DNA of 63,702 bases, filler included, from Phoronis australis (taxonomy: Eukaryota > Animalia > Phoronida): the NCBI GenBank assembly GCA_002633005.1. It is 5 parts of 5 records of this genome, joined end to end, with 100 filler letters (N's around TTAATTAATTAA, not from the genome) between each part and the next. Parts side by side here need not be neighbours in the genome. Positions count along the whole stretch, not along the records: positions 1 to 21,643 come from NMRA01001408.1; 4 more parts are not named here. One strand, 5' to 3'. Below the pieces are notes generated by a model. It saw nothing but the letters and a program-made list of their open reading frames with translations. It had not been told where the DNA came from and made no database searches. How positions within the stretch are numbered: the stretch's first letter is position 1; each line of letters begins with the position of its first letter. Positions 1 through 11,557 of this stretch are shown here, piece after piece. The position numbers and the translations under genes are program-made.

Positions 1-3000
1 AATTTTGCGGAATGTTTACAAGATGTACATTTACTCATGACAGAATCAAGGAAAATGCAAAAGTTTACAGCAGAGCATCCCAAATATCTTACGAGACACA
101 CTCTACTTGTGGATGAACAATATCACGACGAATTTGTCCATCACCAACTTCTTAATTCAGTTCTTGCACCGGAAAAATTTCTGAGGGTTCCTGTTTTCAA
201 GAAATTCGCAATTGAAAGTCTTGTTACTATGTTACCGCAAAGATTCAAAGGTAAATTCGAATTTAAGTACGAAAAAGAAGCCAATTTTGATATTTGGATT
301 GAGAAGTTGTGGAGTTTTATCAACGAAGCTCTACAAGATACTGAGGATTCTGATGAAAATTCTCTCGACAAACATCTTGGAGACTTTTGTCTGATACCAG
401 CCTACCGCGACAAAGATCTCCCAAATAAAGACCACGTGCTCGTTCAAGTTAGACGGTCTAAAAGTGTCGTCGTTGATAGTGGCCGACGTATGTTCGTGGG
501 AGGGAACATTGTTCACATTTTAAAACGATTAGATGTCCCTATTTTGTCGGACATAAACTTGTGTCTGAGATCCGTTGTGAGCAGTGTCGACAAACCGCTA
601 GATATTTTAACTGCCATTGAACTAAACATGGAAAATGATATAGTAAGCGACATATTAACCAAGTCCCAGTGTCTCGACTTACTTAATTACCTGTGTTCTA
701 ACTTAAACAAAACTGACTCTGACGTTTTACGTAGGATAAAACTGTTGCCATTCTTTTGTACCAGAAGTGGGTCGTTTGTCAGTGTAGGTGATAAAGAGGC
801 ATTTATCCTCCACAACGACATACCAACAAAAGACGCTACCTTGTGGGAAAACAATGAAGAAACTGTGTTCTTGGAAGTTCATGGCGCGCGCATCATGGAA
901 TTTCTTGGAATCAAGAAAATGATACTTGCTGATTTGTACAAATATCATGTGTTGCAGCATTTTGATCATTTTTCCGATGACGGTAGAAGAGAACACTTGC
1001 TGTTCATAAAGAACAAAGTTTTTCCAACTTTGGTCAATGTAGATCGCAAATCCTTCATATCGGTTATGAAGGAAGTATCGTTCATCGAAAATGACTGTGG
1101 TTACCTGGTAAAGGCCAGCGCCTACTTTGACTGGGAAAATACAGTGTTTGATGAGATGTTGACAGAAGATCACTTTCCTCCCAAATATTTCAAAACTGAT
1201 GAATGGCGAAGTTTCTTGTTAGAACTTGGACTCCAAAACCGTGTCTCAGATGACCAGTTTGTGGGATTCGCGAATGAGGTTGCACGTCATCGTCATGATA
1301 CAGAAAGTCAATATAAAGATAAATGTCGCAAATCAGAGGTGCTCATTACTTATCTGTTGGATAATCAAATGCAGAAAGAATGGTCCTTTTCATTGACTAC
1401 TCTAAACCGTGTAAAAGATATACCATTCGTTCCACAGGAGGCGTTAGCCGAAAAGTTTCTTCGTCTACATCCTCGCTACAGTAAGGAGAAGTTTGTAAAG
1501 ATGAATGGTGCCGTTGTGTGCTCCTCGTCGAACGATCGTTTGGTATGGAGTGCTGCCTACCTGGTACCAACTATTCTTAGAGTCAACGACAAATTAGCCA
1601 AAGCGTTGGGAATAGACCTAATACCACCTGTGTCACTCGTGATTAAACACTGCTCTAATGTATGTAAGAACTTGTATGGACAGAAACCATCTAGTAACAA
1701 GGTGGCATGGGAGAGTGGTTTAGTATTGAATATCATGAAGAACGTGTACAGCTTTTTGAAGACAAATACAACGAAAATCAGCTTTTCTGATCAGGAAGTG
1801 TTGCGAAAAACGCCGCTGGTAGTTGTCAATGAGTCGAATGTGTTCGTGTATGCAAGGCAAGTAGTGGAAGACATACGACAAGATCAACAAATACAGCCGT
1901 ACTTGTATAAGTTGCCTACAGAAGTCGCCGAGTTTAAACAGCTGTTTATTTTCTTGGGGGCAAGCGTGGAACTAAACGTGAATATTCTTGCCGCTGTCCT
2001 TCTTGAAATTGCTCAATGCACCCATTCAGAGTTTCTTCACGTTGAAGAAAAGAAGAAAGCGCGAAAAGCTCTCATTTCCCTGCTACGATGTTCTGATGAC
2101 GCAATCGAAAACGCATCATTCAAACATGACCTCTTTGTGCCAACCAGAGATGAGATGATGTTACTGGCTAGAGAATGTGTCTTTGTGGACGATGAAAGAC
2201 TGTATGAAGAAATCAAAAGTAATTTCGGTTATCCTGTCCTGACCAAAACTTTGGTTGAAGTCTTTGACAGTAAACAGAAATTTTTGAAATTTGATGAACA
2301 GCACCGGCCTATGATACTATCTGAAGTCGTTCATGAACAGTTGGAGAAAGAAGGAGACATTCAAAGTCATGACTCATCAGATGTCCCAGTTGTGAAAGAG
2401 ATTTTTGAGCGTCTCACATCTAGTATGTTTCACCATGCCCTTGCAAGATTAATTTTTCACATCAGCAGTCAAAACAACAATCCTACGATGGATATTTTAA
2501 ACATTGTTCAGGAGAAATTTGAGAAGGTCAAGGTCTTCGAAGCTGGTGCCATCAAGTCGTACTACGTGGACACGTCTGGAAATAAACTGTGTGAAAGCAC
2601 AAATTGTACTAAAGTGTCTGTAATTCGTGGCAAAGAATCATTCCTGGAAATATATATCCATCCAAGTGAAGAGCGCTTTGAAATCTATGACAGATTGACA
2701 GAATACATTGCGGAGAATATGGGCGTTACCTTCGACAACAGATGTCTAATGGTGTTGCGAGAACTCTTGATGCTGGAAAACTCCGCCACTAACCTAAGCT
2801 CTTATTTAGATAAGAACCGAATTCTGATACTTCCAGTCCAAGAACCCGACATTCAACTGGGTGAAAAAATCTCCGGAGACATGAGTCATATCATGGAACA
2901 AGGGTTTCTCGCTTTTGATGTCGACGAACTTGTTGGATACGAAACAGGAAAACGAAACGATGATGGCGAACCAGAGTATGTCATAGCTCAGGTTTGCCAA

Positions 3001-3627
3001 CAGTTGGAGTCGTGCGAAGAGTCACCAGGTGGCATTAAACGACGATACCTCGTGAACGTTGGAGGTGAGAAAATTGAAGTGGACAGCGTAGACCTTCATA
3101 AATTTTGGCGACCAACACGACAACGTGAAGATGACGAACTATGTGTTTTTGACACAGAGGCCATTAAAAAGGAAATCGATAACCAGATGGAAGAAGCCAG
3201 AGCAATGCCCGAGCATCAAAGAGGCAGAGTGATGAGGCGCCTTTTTATGCACTGGCACCCGTATACAGACGAAGAAAATACAGAGGCACGCACTGAGATT
3301 TTTGATTATCTTGAACGTTCTGTGACTAAATATGAAGAGTCCACTCACCACTCAGTTTCGGTTACCATAGATCAGCAGTCTATACGAAGACGAGTGACGA
3401 TGCAGTACGACAGACGACGGAGGTGCAGGCAAAGCTATACCGCATCCGGTGGAACTGGTGGTGGTCTTTGGTTTTTAGCGAATGCTCCTGCTCTTCCTAA
3501 TCCGCGGCCTTCTTCAGCGAGCCAGTGGTACCGGCAAGCCGTGGATGACTTTAATTCCTCCCAAAATGACATCCCACCAGGAGCTGTGGTAGAGTCTTAT
3601 GTGTGGGCCTGCTATAAATGCCACCAA
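1..3627 (+). CDS. SACS: Sacsin-like protein, penultimate coding exon (5'-partial): C-terminal part of the sacsin repeat region, J-like domain and start of the HEPN domain
   Basis: Frame 1 is open from base 1. Sacsin-type motifs include IKLLPFF, WRSFLLELGL, LVWSAAYLVP, PYLYKLP, FDVDELVGYE, VDSVDLHKF, RRLFMHWHP and NPRPSSASQWYRQA..D..S...WACYKCHQ. A consensus donor CAA|GTAAGT lies at 3627/3628. Symbol means sacsin-like; orthology is not established. Confidence 0.9.
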
Positions 3628-5366
3628 GTAAGTGGTTTTGACAGACAAATTAAAAACAGATAAATAAATTCGACTTGCATAAACGAAAATGATTTCAATA
3701 CAATGGGTCTTCATTTGAAATCCCACCCGTAAGTGTACTAATAATCTAAAGCTTTTTGAGATCTATTCAAGTGCCAATAACCTATAAAATAGCCACTCTT
3801 TAATCACTGTGAAGTGGGTTATCTTCTGAGCTATTGCCATTGCCAATGACAGATATTGACGTAGTGGACGCCGTACTGACATCACGATACAGCATTGAAC
3901 TATGAAATTTCAAGCCTGTCAGTTGTTAGCACGAGTTTTATTCGGTACCGCTACAAGTGAACGATTCTTGAGCCAATGAACATTTACACCAAAGGATGAC
4001 GTCACGAATCGAATTCCAGAACGGGTCGATTGCTAAGATTTGTACTGTCGTTGGAAATACGGCCAGTTGGTCCTTCCATTTACACGGCGTGAACTCTATT
4101 GATTAAGATTTTGGCAGTCGTAGTGGACTTCGCTACTGTTGCTCTCCTGCCAGGTATTATAGTAGGGTATGAGCTGACCTAAATAACACAGTCAGATGAG
4201 GCCAAAGAAGAACCCTGGGACTGGGTGGGACTGGTCTGTCAGTGAGTAATCTGTTACGACTGTTCAGAAATAAAACACCACACAGGAGACTGCCTTCAAC
4301 CTCTCTGGAATGAATTCCATTTTAATGGACCAATCACGAAAAGCTGATGCCCCGAAAAATATTACGTCATTTTGCAAATTCTGTACTGTTGACATGAATG
4401 TAGTGATTGATTTGGGCCCTTGCACCTGGGATATATGAAGAACAAACGACACCAAGTAGAAACCAGAATCTTAGTCAGATAAAGCCAAAAGTTCCGAACC
4501 TGAGCATTGGAAACTGACACAACTCTGTAGAAACTAGCGACACGTTACACACGTCACATCTACTACAAAGCGAATCGACTCGTTTTTTTAGTATATGCGA
4601 TCCGAGATTAATACGCAAACGTCTAAAACCCAATTAACTGACAAGCTTGGAATTGAATATAAAATATCACCCAGTATCCCTCACTGAAAAACGCAGCTTT
4701 TTGGATATTATGTATAGTGGCAATTCTCATCCCTGGTTACCTTGGAAACAGTACATTTTCCATATTAATTACTATTCCTTAGCGAGTATTTATTATCCAT
4801 GGAACAATAAAAAGTAACGTGTGAGGCCCAGCAAGAGGTCTGAATCTTGTTTCAATGAGAGGAAACGTAATGCTGTACGCGCTACGGCACACAGTCTGTG
4901 CTGGTCATTCTTCTATGCTCTATAGAGGTGAATGCAGAACCAAGATGCTGGTCTGTTGCTTATTTTCTTGTTCTCCTTGGGTAGCAAATCACGTGCGGAT
5001 ACAGCATTTAACACAGATAAGAAAAGATCCGTATTTTACTGAAGACAACATCAAAAACGGTTGTTTTCTCTTCAACTTGGTGAAGTCTCACCAGCTGATT
5101 TATGCGTTCATAAACTTTACGACTAACGTTGTTTAAATATATTCAAGTTCAATTAAATAATAGACTGGAAGTCGTTATTAGTGACAGCGCAAACATTCAT
5201 GTGAGAATATATCGCTGCAATATTCGAATCATACTGGCGTGTAACTTTGGTCAATTATCTAACCATCTGAGCGGAATTGGTTTTGTTTGCGGACGAAAAA
5301 ATGGCCGCCTCTTCTGTTGATTTACAATTGACCATGGAGCATCATATGCGATTTCTTATCTTTCAG
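3628..5366 (+). other. Phase-0 spliceosomal intron of the sacsin-like gene (1739 bp)
   Basis: Starts GTAAGT and ends ATTTCTTATCTTTCAG. Splicing gives WACYKCHQ|SAEKALKAA, the HEPN helix consensus. Confidence 0.88.
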
Positions 5367-5681
5367 TCTGCAGAGAAAGCGTTAAAAGCCGCCCAGTTTG
5401 CTGTGGACGCTAATTTGAAGTCAGAGACGCACAATTTAGCCACCATAGCGCACACCCTCGACATGCCTGACCTGCGAGAACTGCGCAGATTGGCAGTCGA
5501 CCTCCGTTCACGACTGGGCGACTCGACAAAAATGCGGTACCCGGATGTTTTCGGGAGTGGGATTCCGAGTGATTATTTTACCGAACGCCACGCTGAAGAA
5601 GCGAAGAGTATAACTGGTGAAATTTTAGATATTGTGAGAATGTTTCTGAAGAGTCGAGGGGTGGACGTTGATCACCAGTAA
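5367..5681 (+). CDS. SACS: Sacsin-like protein, final exon (HEPN domain)
   Basis: Reads SAEKALKAAQFAVDA...ETHNL...MRYPD...IPSDYFTERHAEEAKSITGEILDIV to stop TAA at 5679-5681, in frame with the upstream exon after splicing. Confidence 0.9.
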   Translation, partial: SAEKALKAAQFAVDANLKSETHNLATIAHTLDMPDLRELRRLAVDLRSRLGDSTKMRYPDVFGSGIPSDYFTERHAEEAKSITGEILDIVRMFLKSRGVDVDHQ

Positions 5682-7129
5682 TTTTCTTAGATTAGGTTAT
5701 ACTAGATATGAAATGTCATTTTTTTCTCAATGAACAGACATTCAAGCCTTCAGGCCAAACATCATCTCTGCTTTCGCCTCGAGTGACTCAATGCTGCATT
5801 TCTACATTTGCAACATCGTTGGTACAAAATTAACGTGTACACGGTCTTTGTGCAGGTAAATAATCTTGAGCAACTGAATCACAGAAAGGGAGCAAAAAAT
5901 CGATTTGTTGTTTTATTTATATGGTTCTGAGCCCTGTGCTTTTTCAAGGAATACCTGTCAAGTAGTGGGACTATATGAAAAATACGTGTGAACAAGAGCT
6001 TCAAACTTTAAAATTGCATTTGTTGGCATTTTGACTATTTAGGACATTATATCTATGCATTCTTGGTTCCAAATTGTAATTCAGGACGAACATTGGACGA
6101 ATGGTGATTTATATTACATAGTCGTTAGCCATGATAGCTTTTTGCTTTCTTTTGAAAGTCGTTCTTTGTTTAATTCATTTAGTGAGTTCGAGTGTATGGG
6201 GTTTGGAATCTATTATTAATCTTCATTTAGTAAGTAGCGGAAGTTAGAAGATATAAGCGTACAGTTTGGTGTTGCTTACTCTAATAATAAGCTTTAATAA
6301 CCCTTAACTACGGATGCAACCAGAAATAATGTCAGCATGCTGTTGGCAAGTCTTACTGGTATAGCTCATTGCATGGACATTCTCCATCCAAAAGTGTGGT
6401 TGGGCCCCCTTAGGACATCCTAGATCCGCCAGTGGTGTACGTCGAGATTTTGATTTAGTTGTTTGCTTTGAAGTTCTATGGTAATCTGGTGGAGTTTGTT
6501 TTAATAATATATAATAATAATATGCTATGAAAACTACCTTAAATGTTTTACTGCGCCTGCCAAAGGTTGCCATTTGACCAAAGCTATCGATTGTCGCAAT
6601 GAGCGTGCAGGAGACAGAAAATATTAGTATGTGAACTAGATCACTTATCCACAGAGCAATTTTGTCTAAAAACATTTAAAAGTATATCAAACCCGGTTTT
6701 TGCAAATTAAAAATACTAAAACTACTTTCTCACCCAATTCTTTGGAACGAGATATTGTTATGTATCCCTCGACAACCTTCAAAAGTTTGGAGCCTGCTAA
6801 ACGGGCTAGCGTGGCCACCCCGTCTAGCGAATTAAACGGCAACTGTGCGAAAAGACCTACCATCAAGGACAGTAATATCCAATTTGTGACTTAGACAGAA
6901 TGAGTCTTTAATTGGAAGATTGAAGCCAATAATGCATTAGCAGTTGACAGAACGAAGATTGGCTGAAATCATCAAAATAAGATTTAGTGTCATTTTAAGG
7001 ACCTCGCGTGATTATATGCCAACTTTAATTGTCTTTTCATAATCGTCGTTTTCATGCGCCTACATATTTATATTGTATTATATACGGGTGTGCACCCTAG
7101 TGAGAATTTTAGTTTTTACGTTTGCTTCA

Positions 7130-7850
7130 GTATCTTCGGAGTTCTTGAACAGATTTTAATGAAATTCGGCAAATAGATATCTATTAGGAAGATGCTGCCA
7201 CCTTGACGTTTTGAATGGATTTGACGTATTTTGCCTCACTTTTCGAGTTTTTTTTGTCCGCCCCTCTATAGGCCAAACTACATTTACTACGTAAGCCAAC
7301 ACTAGCCAGCCGAGTAGAGCGACGTCTTTCGTGAAAATGGGCCAAACTGCTGCAAGTATGAATTTACATACATGCTCCTGCTGAGAAGATGACGGCTGGC
7401 AGTGAATTTCGGACGGCGCCGACGACAGGGGCTTTTCCTAGCGGTAGCTTATTTTTTGCGTCCATGTCTGTATCTCCTAAACCTCTGCAGGGCCTTTGTT
7501 AAATTTGGCATCTATACGAAAGGGACAACAGGTGACGACGACTTTCAGACTTATCCAACAACCGATGTGTCCCTAGTGGCATTTTTATGTTTTTCCGTTT
7601 CCTTCTGTATCTTTGGAGTTCCAAGACGGGTGTTTATGAAATTAGGCAAATAGATTTCTACTAAAGAGGCCATCTATTTTTACTCTATTTTGGTGTCCGC
7701 CCCTCTGTTGGCCAAACTACTCTTAGGATGATTATGAAAATTGACATACATGTCCTAACGGGGAGGTTGGCGGCGCCGAATACTGTGCCATCTCCTAGTG
7801 GCAGTTTTATTTTCTTTGCGCCCGTGGCTGTATCTCCTAAACNCGCCTGC
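7130..7850. repeat. Two diverged tandem copies of an interspersed-repeat segment (about 7130-7490 and 7608-7850)
   Basis: Shared blocks in the same order: TATCTT.GGAGTT, ATGAAATT.GGCAAATAGAT.TCTA, TGTCCGCCC..CT...GGCCAAACTAC, ACATACATG, GGCGCCGA and CTGTATCTCCTAAAC. Confidence 0.7.
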
Positions 7851-9269
7851 AAGAGCTCATCCGATGAAGACTTCACGGGTCGGATCGTTAGGTTTCACAG
7901 GTTATCAGTTCGAACCGGAATACACTAACCAAGAAATACTGGAGAGGCGCCGCGAACATGCACAGGCAACGGAACGTATGGATAGTTATTTGGTAAGCCG
8001 GAATTCGTCAGAGAAATCACTGTCGACGAAATGCCGACCACAGACACGTCCTCGTAGTGCAACCGCGACTCATAAATTATGGAGACTGTAACGAAGCAAG
8101 CAGTGTCACGATAAACCACAATTATTAATTGTTGGAGAATTCTTTGAATTAGCCAGGAGTGTGGTCATTTTCAGGTGCATTTCGGACTCGTAACCCGAAC
8201 ACAATGAATTTTTGTGCTGTCCTTCGTACTTTTATTTCTTATTTGTGTTTTATTTTTATTTTCTGTACACTATGACAACGTTGACAACTGTTGACCCATT
8301 CAAGACAGTGGAAATAGCACCGGAAATACGTATTTTTTGCATTTATGCGAACTGGTGAAAATTTTTCGTGGACTACTAAAGTGAGCATAAGGCATTCGGG
8401 GATTTTTGAATTCTAATTAGCTGTCCTTATCAGTACCACTTGCAGCAATCAAACGAACCCTCCACTACTTTAATCTTATCTATAATTAAAATAATTCTTT
8501 GAAGCTGCGCTTAATCGTGTGTATTTGGGAAATCGAAAAGCGTGATCAAATTAGGAAACCAACATGTTTATAAATGACGTATTTGCGGATTATTTATTTC
8601 ATCCCTAAGCATATCACCTTTCCTACAGTAAAATGGAATTTGACATTGGAAACGCCTTAACCACTAATTTAATGGCTTCTTCAAAGAGTTCCATGGTCCC
8701 TTTGTCACTCCTCTGAAATCTGACACTGTCAGATATCGACCAAGTAGCGGACTTCGTATTCATTAATTTACTCACGGCAACGGAAGTCCAAAGAAGTGAA
8801 AACTGCAATCGGATTTTCAATGATTTGTTTTATTAGCAAACTTTTTTCAATCGAACGCCATATCAACAGATATATCTCCACACAATGTCGAAGCAGCATG
8901 TTTTCGTGACAACACCTTAAGGTTTCGTTTCGAACATGGATACCTTTCGACATGAATAAGAGCTATGGATTCTCTGGAATTTGTCAGCGTATAGCCATAA
9001 GTGTGTAACTGCGACGTATTACCGCATTTAACTTTATGACGTCACAGTGACAAGAAGGTGAAGGCTTGCGAGGCAAGGTAGTAACAGGGATGTGAGCGTT
9101 TGTAAGAGTAGGACAATGTCCTTCAAAGGGTTAGCGACTTTCAACCATGTCTTCGGCACCCTATGGTGAGGCGCTAAAGCATGCTCTACATGATATCAGG
9201 AAGTATGTGTACCCGACAAGTAGTTTGGTGAGATTTTCTTTGGTGCTCTTCATTCTGTCATTCCAGATA

Positions 9270-9417
9270 CAGTGGCGGATTTAGAAGGGGGTCATGGCCC
9301 CCCCTAAAATTCTCCCAGATTCCATTTGGCAATTCGGGGGTGCAAATGTCTGACGCGCAAAATCCTGGCTAATACTCTTCCCTGCCCCCCCAACTCAAAA
9401 TCCTGAATCCGCCCCTG
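9270..9417. mobile_element. hAT-like MITE
   Basis: Terminal inverted repeats CAGTGGCGGATTTAG and CTGAATCCGCCCCTG; flanks AGATA and AAATA. Confidence 0.7.
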
Positions 9418-9876
9418 AAATAGGGGTACTCTGTATACAGGACGGGGGAAACCAACTTGGCGCACTAGGACATTGTCCTGTAACTGAGAGCAGCTGCAAA
9501 CGCACCAAACGCGTGCGTAAACATAAAATTTAACGTAACGTGTTTCTCTACTAAAAATACGTAAGAGGATAGATGAAACGGATATAGTCCACACCATTGT
9601 GTTGAAAACAAAACAGACGTCTTTTCTCTTCCAAAACATAGTCAGTCGCGTTCTTATCGTCTGTGCGAAATAAATGTAGATACAATATCCCCTGGAGTTC
9701 CCTTGACGTATAGCGTCTTGACGATGGAAGTTAAACTGCCATGACAGTCACGTACATTGATGGGCCTAGCGTGAACCAATACCGGCCTGACAGTCACGTA
9801 CATTAATGGGCTTAGCGTGAACCAATACCGGCCTGACAGTCACGTACATTGATGGGCTTGACGTGAAGCAATACAG

Positions 9877-10034
9877 GCGTGTGTTCAGGAACGCTTGCTA
9901 GGACCTACGCTAGGACCTAGCTAAAAACTAGGCAAAGTCACGTGCTCTCATTCAAAATACACGGCAATGTCTCACGTGATCTCGCGAAGTCTTGCTTTTT
10001 AGCGAGGTCCTAGCGTTACTCAGTGAACGGGAGG
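9877..10034 (-). mobile_element. ~155-bp MITE with CWG target duplication (PIF/Harbinger-like), copy 1
   Basis: CAG|GCGTGTGTTCAG...TGAACGGGAGG|CAG inside a minisatellite unit whose empty site has a single CAG. Homologous copies occur at 54094, 55698 and 55852. Confidence 0.8.
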
Positions 10035-10128
10035 CAGGCCTGACAGTCACTTACATTGATGGGCCTAACGTGAAGCAACACAGTCCTGACAGTCACGTAC
10101 ATTGATGGGCCTAACGTGAGCCAATACA

Positions 10129-10203
10129 CAAGGCGGCGCAGCACTGAAAAATGTGGGGCTATAGCCCCCCCCTCCCCCAGCTCCCTGTGGTGCGCCGCCC
10201 ATG
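10129..10203. mobile_element. 75-bp hAT-like MITE with 5-bp TSD
   Basis: ATACA|CAAGGCGGCGCA...TGCGCCGCCCATG|ATACA; the empty site is visible in neighbouring minisatellite units. Confidence 0.75.
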
Positions 10204-11557
10204 ATACAGGCCTGACAGTCACGTACATTGATGGGCAGAGCGTGAAGCAATACAGGCCTGACAGTCTAGAAGTCATTTTAATCTGATTAAGGAACAAGAT
10301 AGATTGGTAAGCCCAACAATAGATGTTTTAAAATTATGACTTAAATCGTTGGAACGATGGGCCAATAATTCTCTGTAACATTAGTCATTCCTAAAAATTT
10401 TGGAACACAATGAGTTTTATACACAGTTTGCTAAATCGACAGACGTGACGCTATTTGGCCTGCGTTTGAGGTTCACTTTGTGTGAGCGAGGACATGGTTT
10501 AGCTCTGTAATGAGTTTATCTCTCACTTGGGAGGGCTTACTGAGTCTGTCAGCAAATGAACACTTACTATCCTGGTGAAATAGTCCTTTTGACAACATGG
10601 AATCATGATCTGTAATCGCTACAAACATTTTTCTTCACAATCGCATTTGCTGTTCTGAAGCAACCTTATTACATTCTTACCGTTTGTTTGAATTGAAATT
10701 GGCTACAGTGAAACGTCTGGAGTTCCCTGTTAACNAACGTGAGCCAATACACAAGGGCGGCGCAGCACTGAAAAATGTGGGGGCTATAGCCCCCCAGCTC
10801 CCTGTGGTGCGCCGCCCATGATACAGGCCTGACAGTCACGTACATTGATGGGCAGAGCGTGAAGCAATACAGGCCTGACAGCCTAGAAGTCATTTTAATC
10901 TGATTAAGGAACAAGATAGATTGATAAGCCCAGCAATAGATGTTTTAAAATTATGACTTAAATCGTTGGAACGATGGACCAATAATTCTCTGTAACATTA
11001 GTCATTCCTGAAAAGTTTGCAACACACATGAGTTTTATACACAGTTTGCTAAATCGACAGACGTGACGCTATTTGGCCTGCGTTTGAGGTTCACTTTGTG
11101 TGAGCGAGGAGATGGTTTAGCTCTGTAATGAGTTTATCTCTCACTTGGGAGGGCTTACTGAGTCTGTCAGCAAATGAACACTTACTATCCTGGTGAAATA
11201 GTCCTTTTGACAACATGGAATCATGATCTGTAATCGCTACAAACATTTTTCTTCACAATCGCATTTGCTGTTCTGAAGCAACCTTATTACATTCTTACCG
11301 TTTGTTTGAATTGAAATTGGCTACAGTGAAACGTCTGGAGTTCCCTGTTAACCCGCTTTGTTTGAAACAACAAAAAATTGTCAGTTTTTGGCAAGCTTTG
11401 AAATGAGCAACTCTGGTTTTTGAGTGAAACAACAAGGTAAGTAGCCCAACGAATCACAAAAGGCAGCGCAACATAATTGCACGTTAAATACATCAAAAAT
11501 TATATGATTGGAAAATGCTTCTTCCAACTCAACAGAAATGTTCTCCCCTGCTTTTAG

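Larger units (their letters stand above)
9742..10266 (+). repeat. 46-bp minisatellite (6 units plus a partial), interrupted by two MITE insertions
   Basis: Unit TGACAGTCACGTACATTGATGGGCCTAACGTGAAGCAATACAGGCC starts at 9742, 9788, 9834, 10041, 10087, 10213 and 10259. Confidence 0.9.

Noticed and set aside
5277-5681. Stand-alone 134-aa HEPN toxin ORF
   Set aside because: The first 30 codons are intronic; the HEPN part is the spliced last exon of the sacsin-like gene.
7859-7895. Hammerhead-like CCGATGA-AGAC..GTC-GGATCGTT
   Set aside because: Both conserved boxes deviate (CCGATGA, GGAT); too degenerate to support.
9742-10266. CRISPR-like look of repeats separated by unique sequence
   Set aside because: Units are mostly directly adjacent, the two spacers are MITEs with TSDs, there are no cas genes and the context is eukaryotic.
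10113-11352. Near-identical ~620-bp tandem duplication (10113-10734 and 10736-11352)
   Set aside because: The copies meet at a single n and differ by scattered substitutions and small indels; most likely unmerged allelic contig ends.
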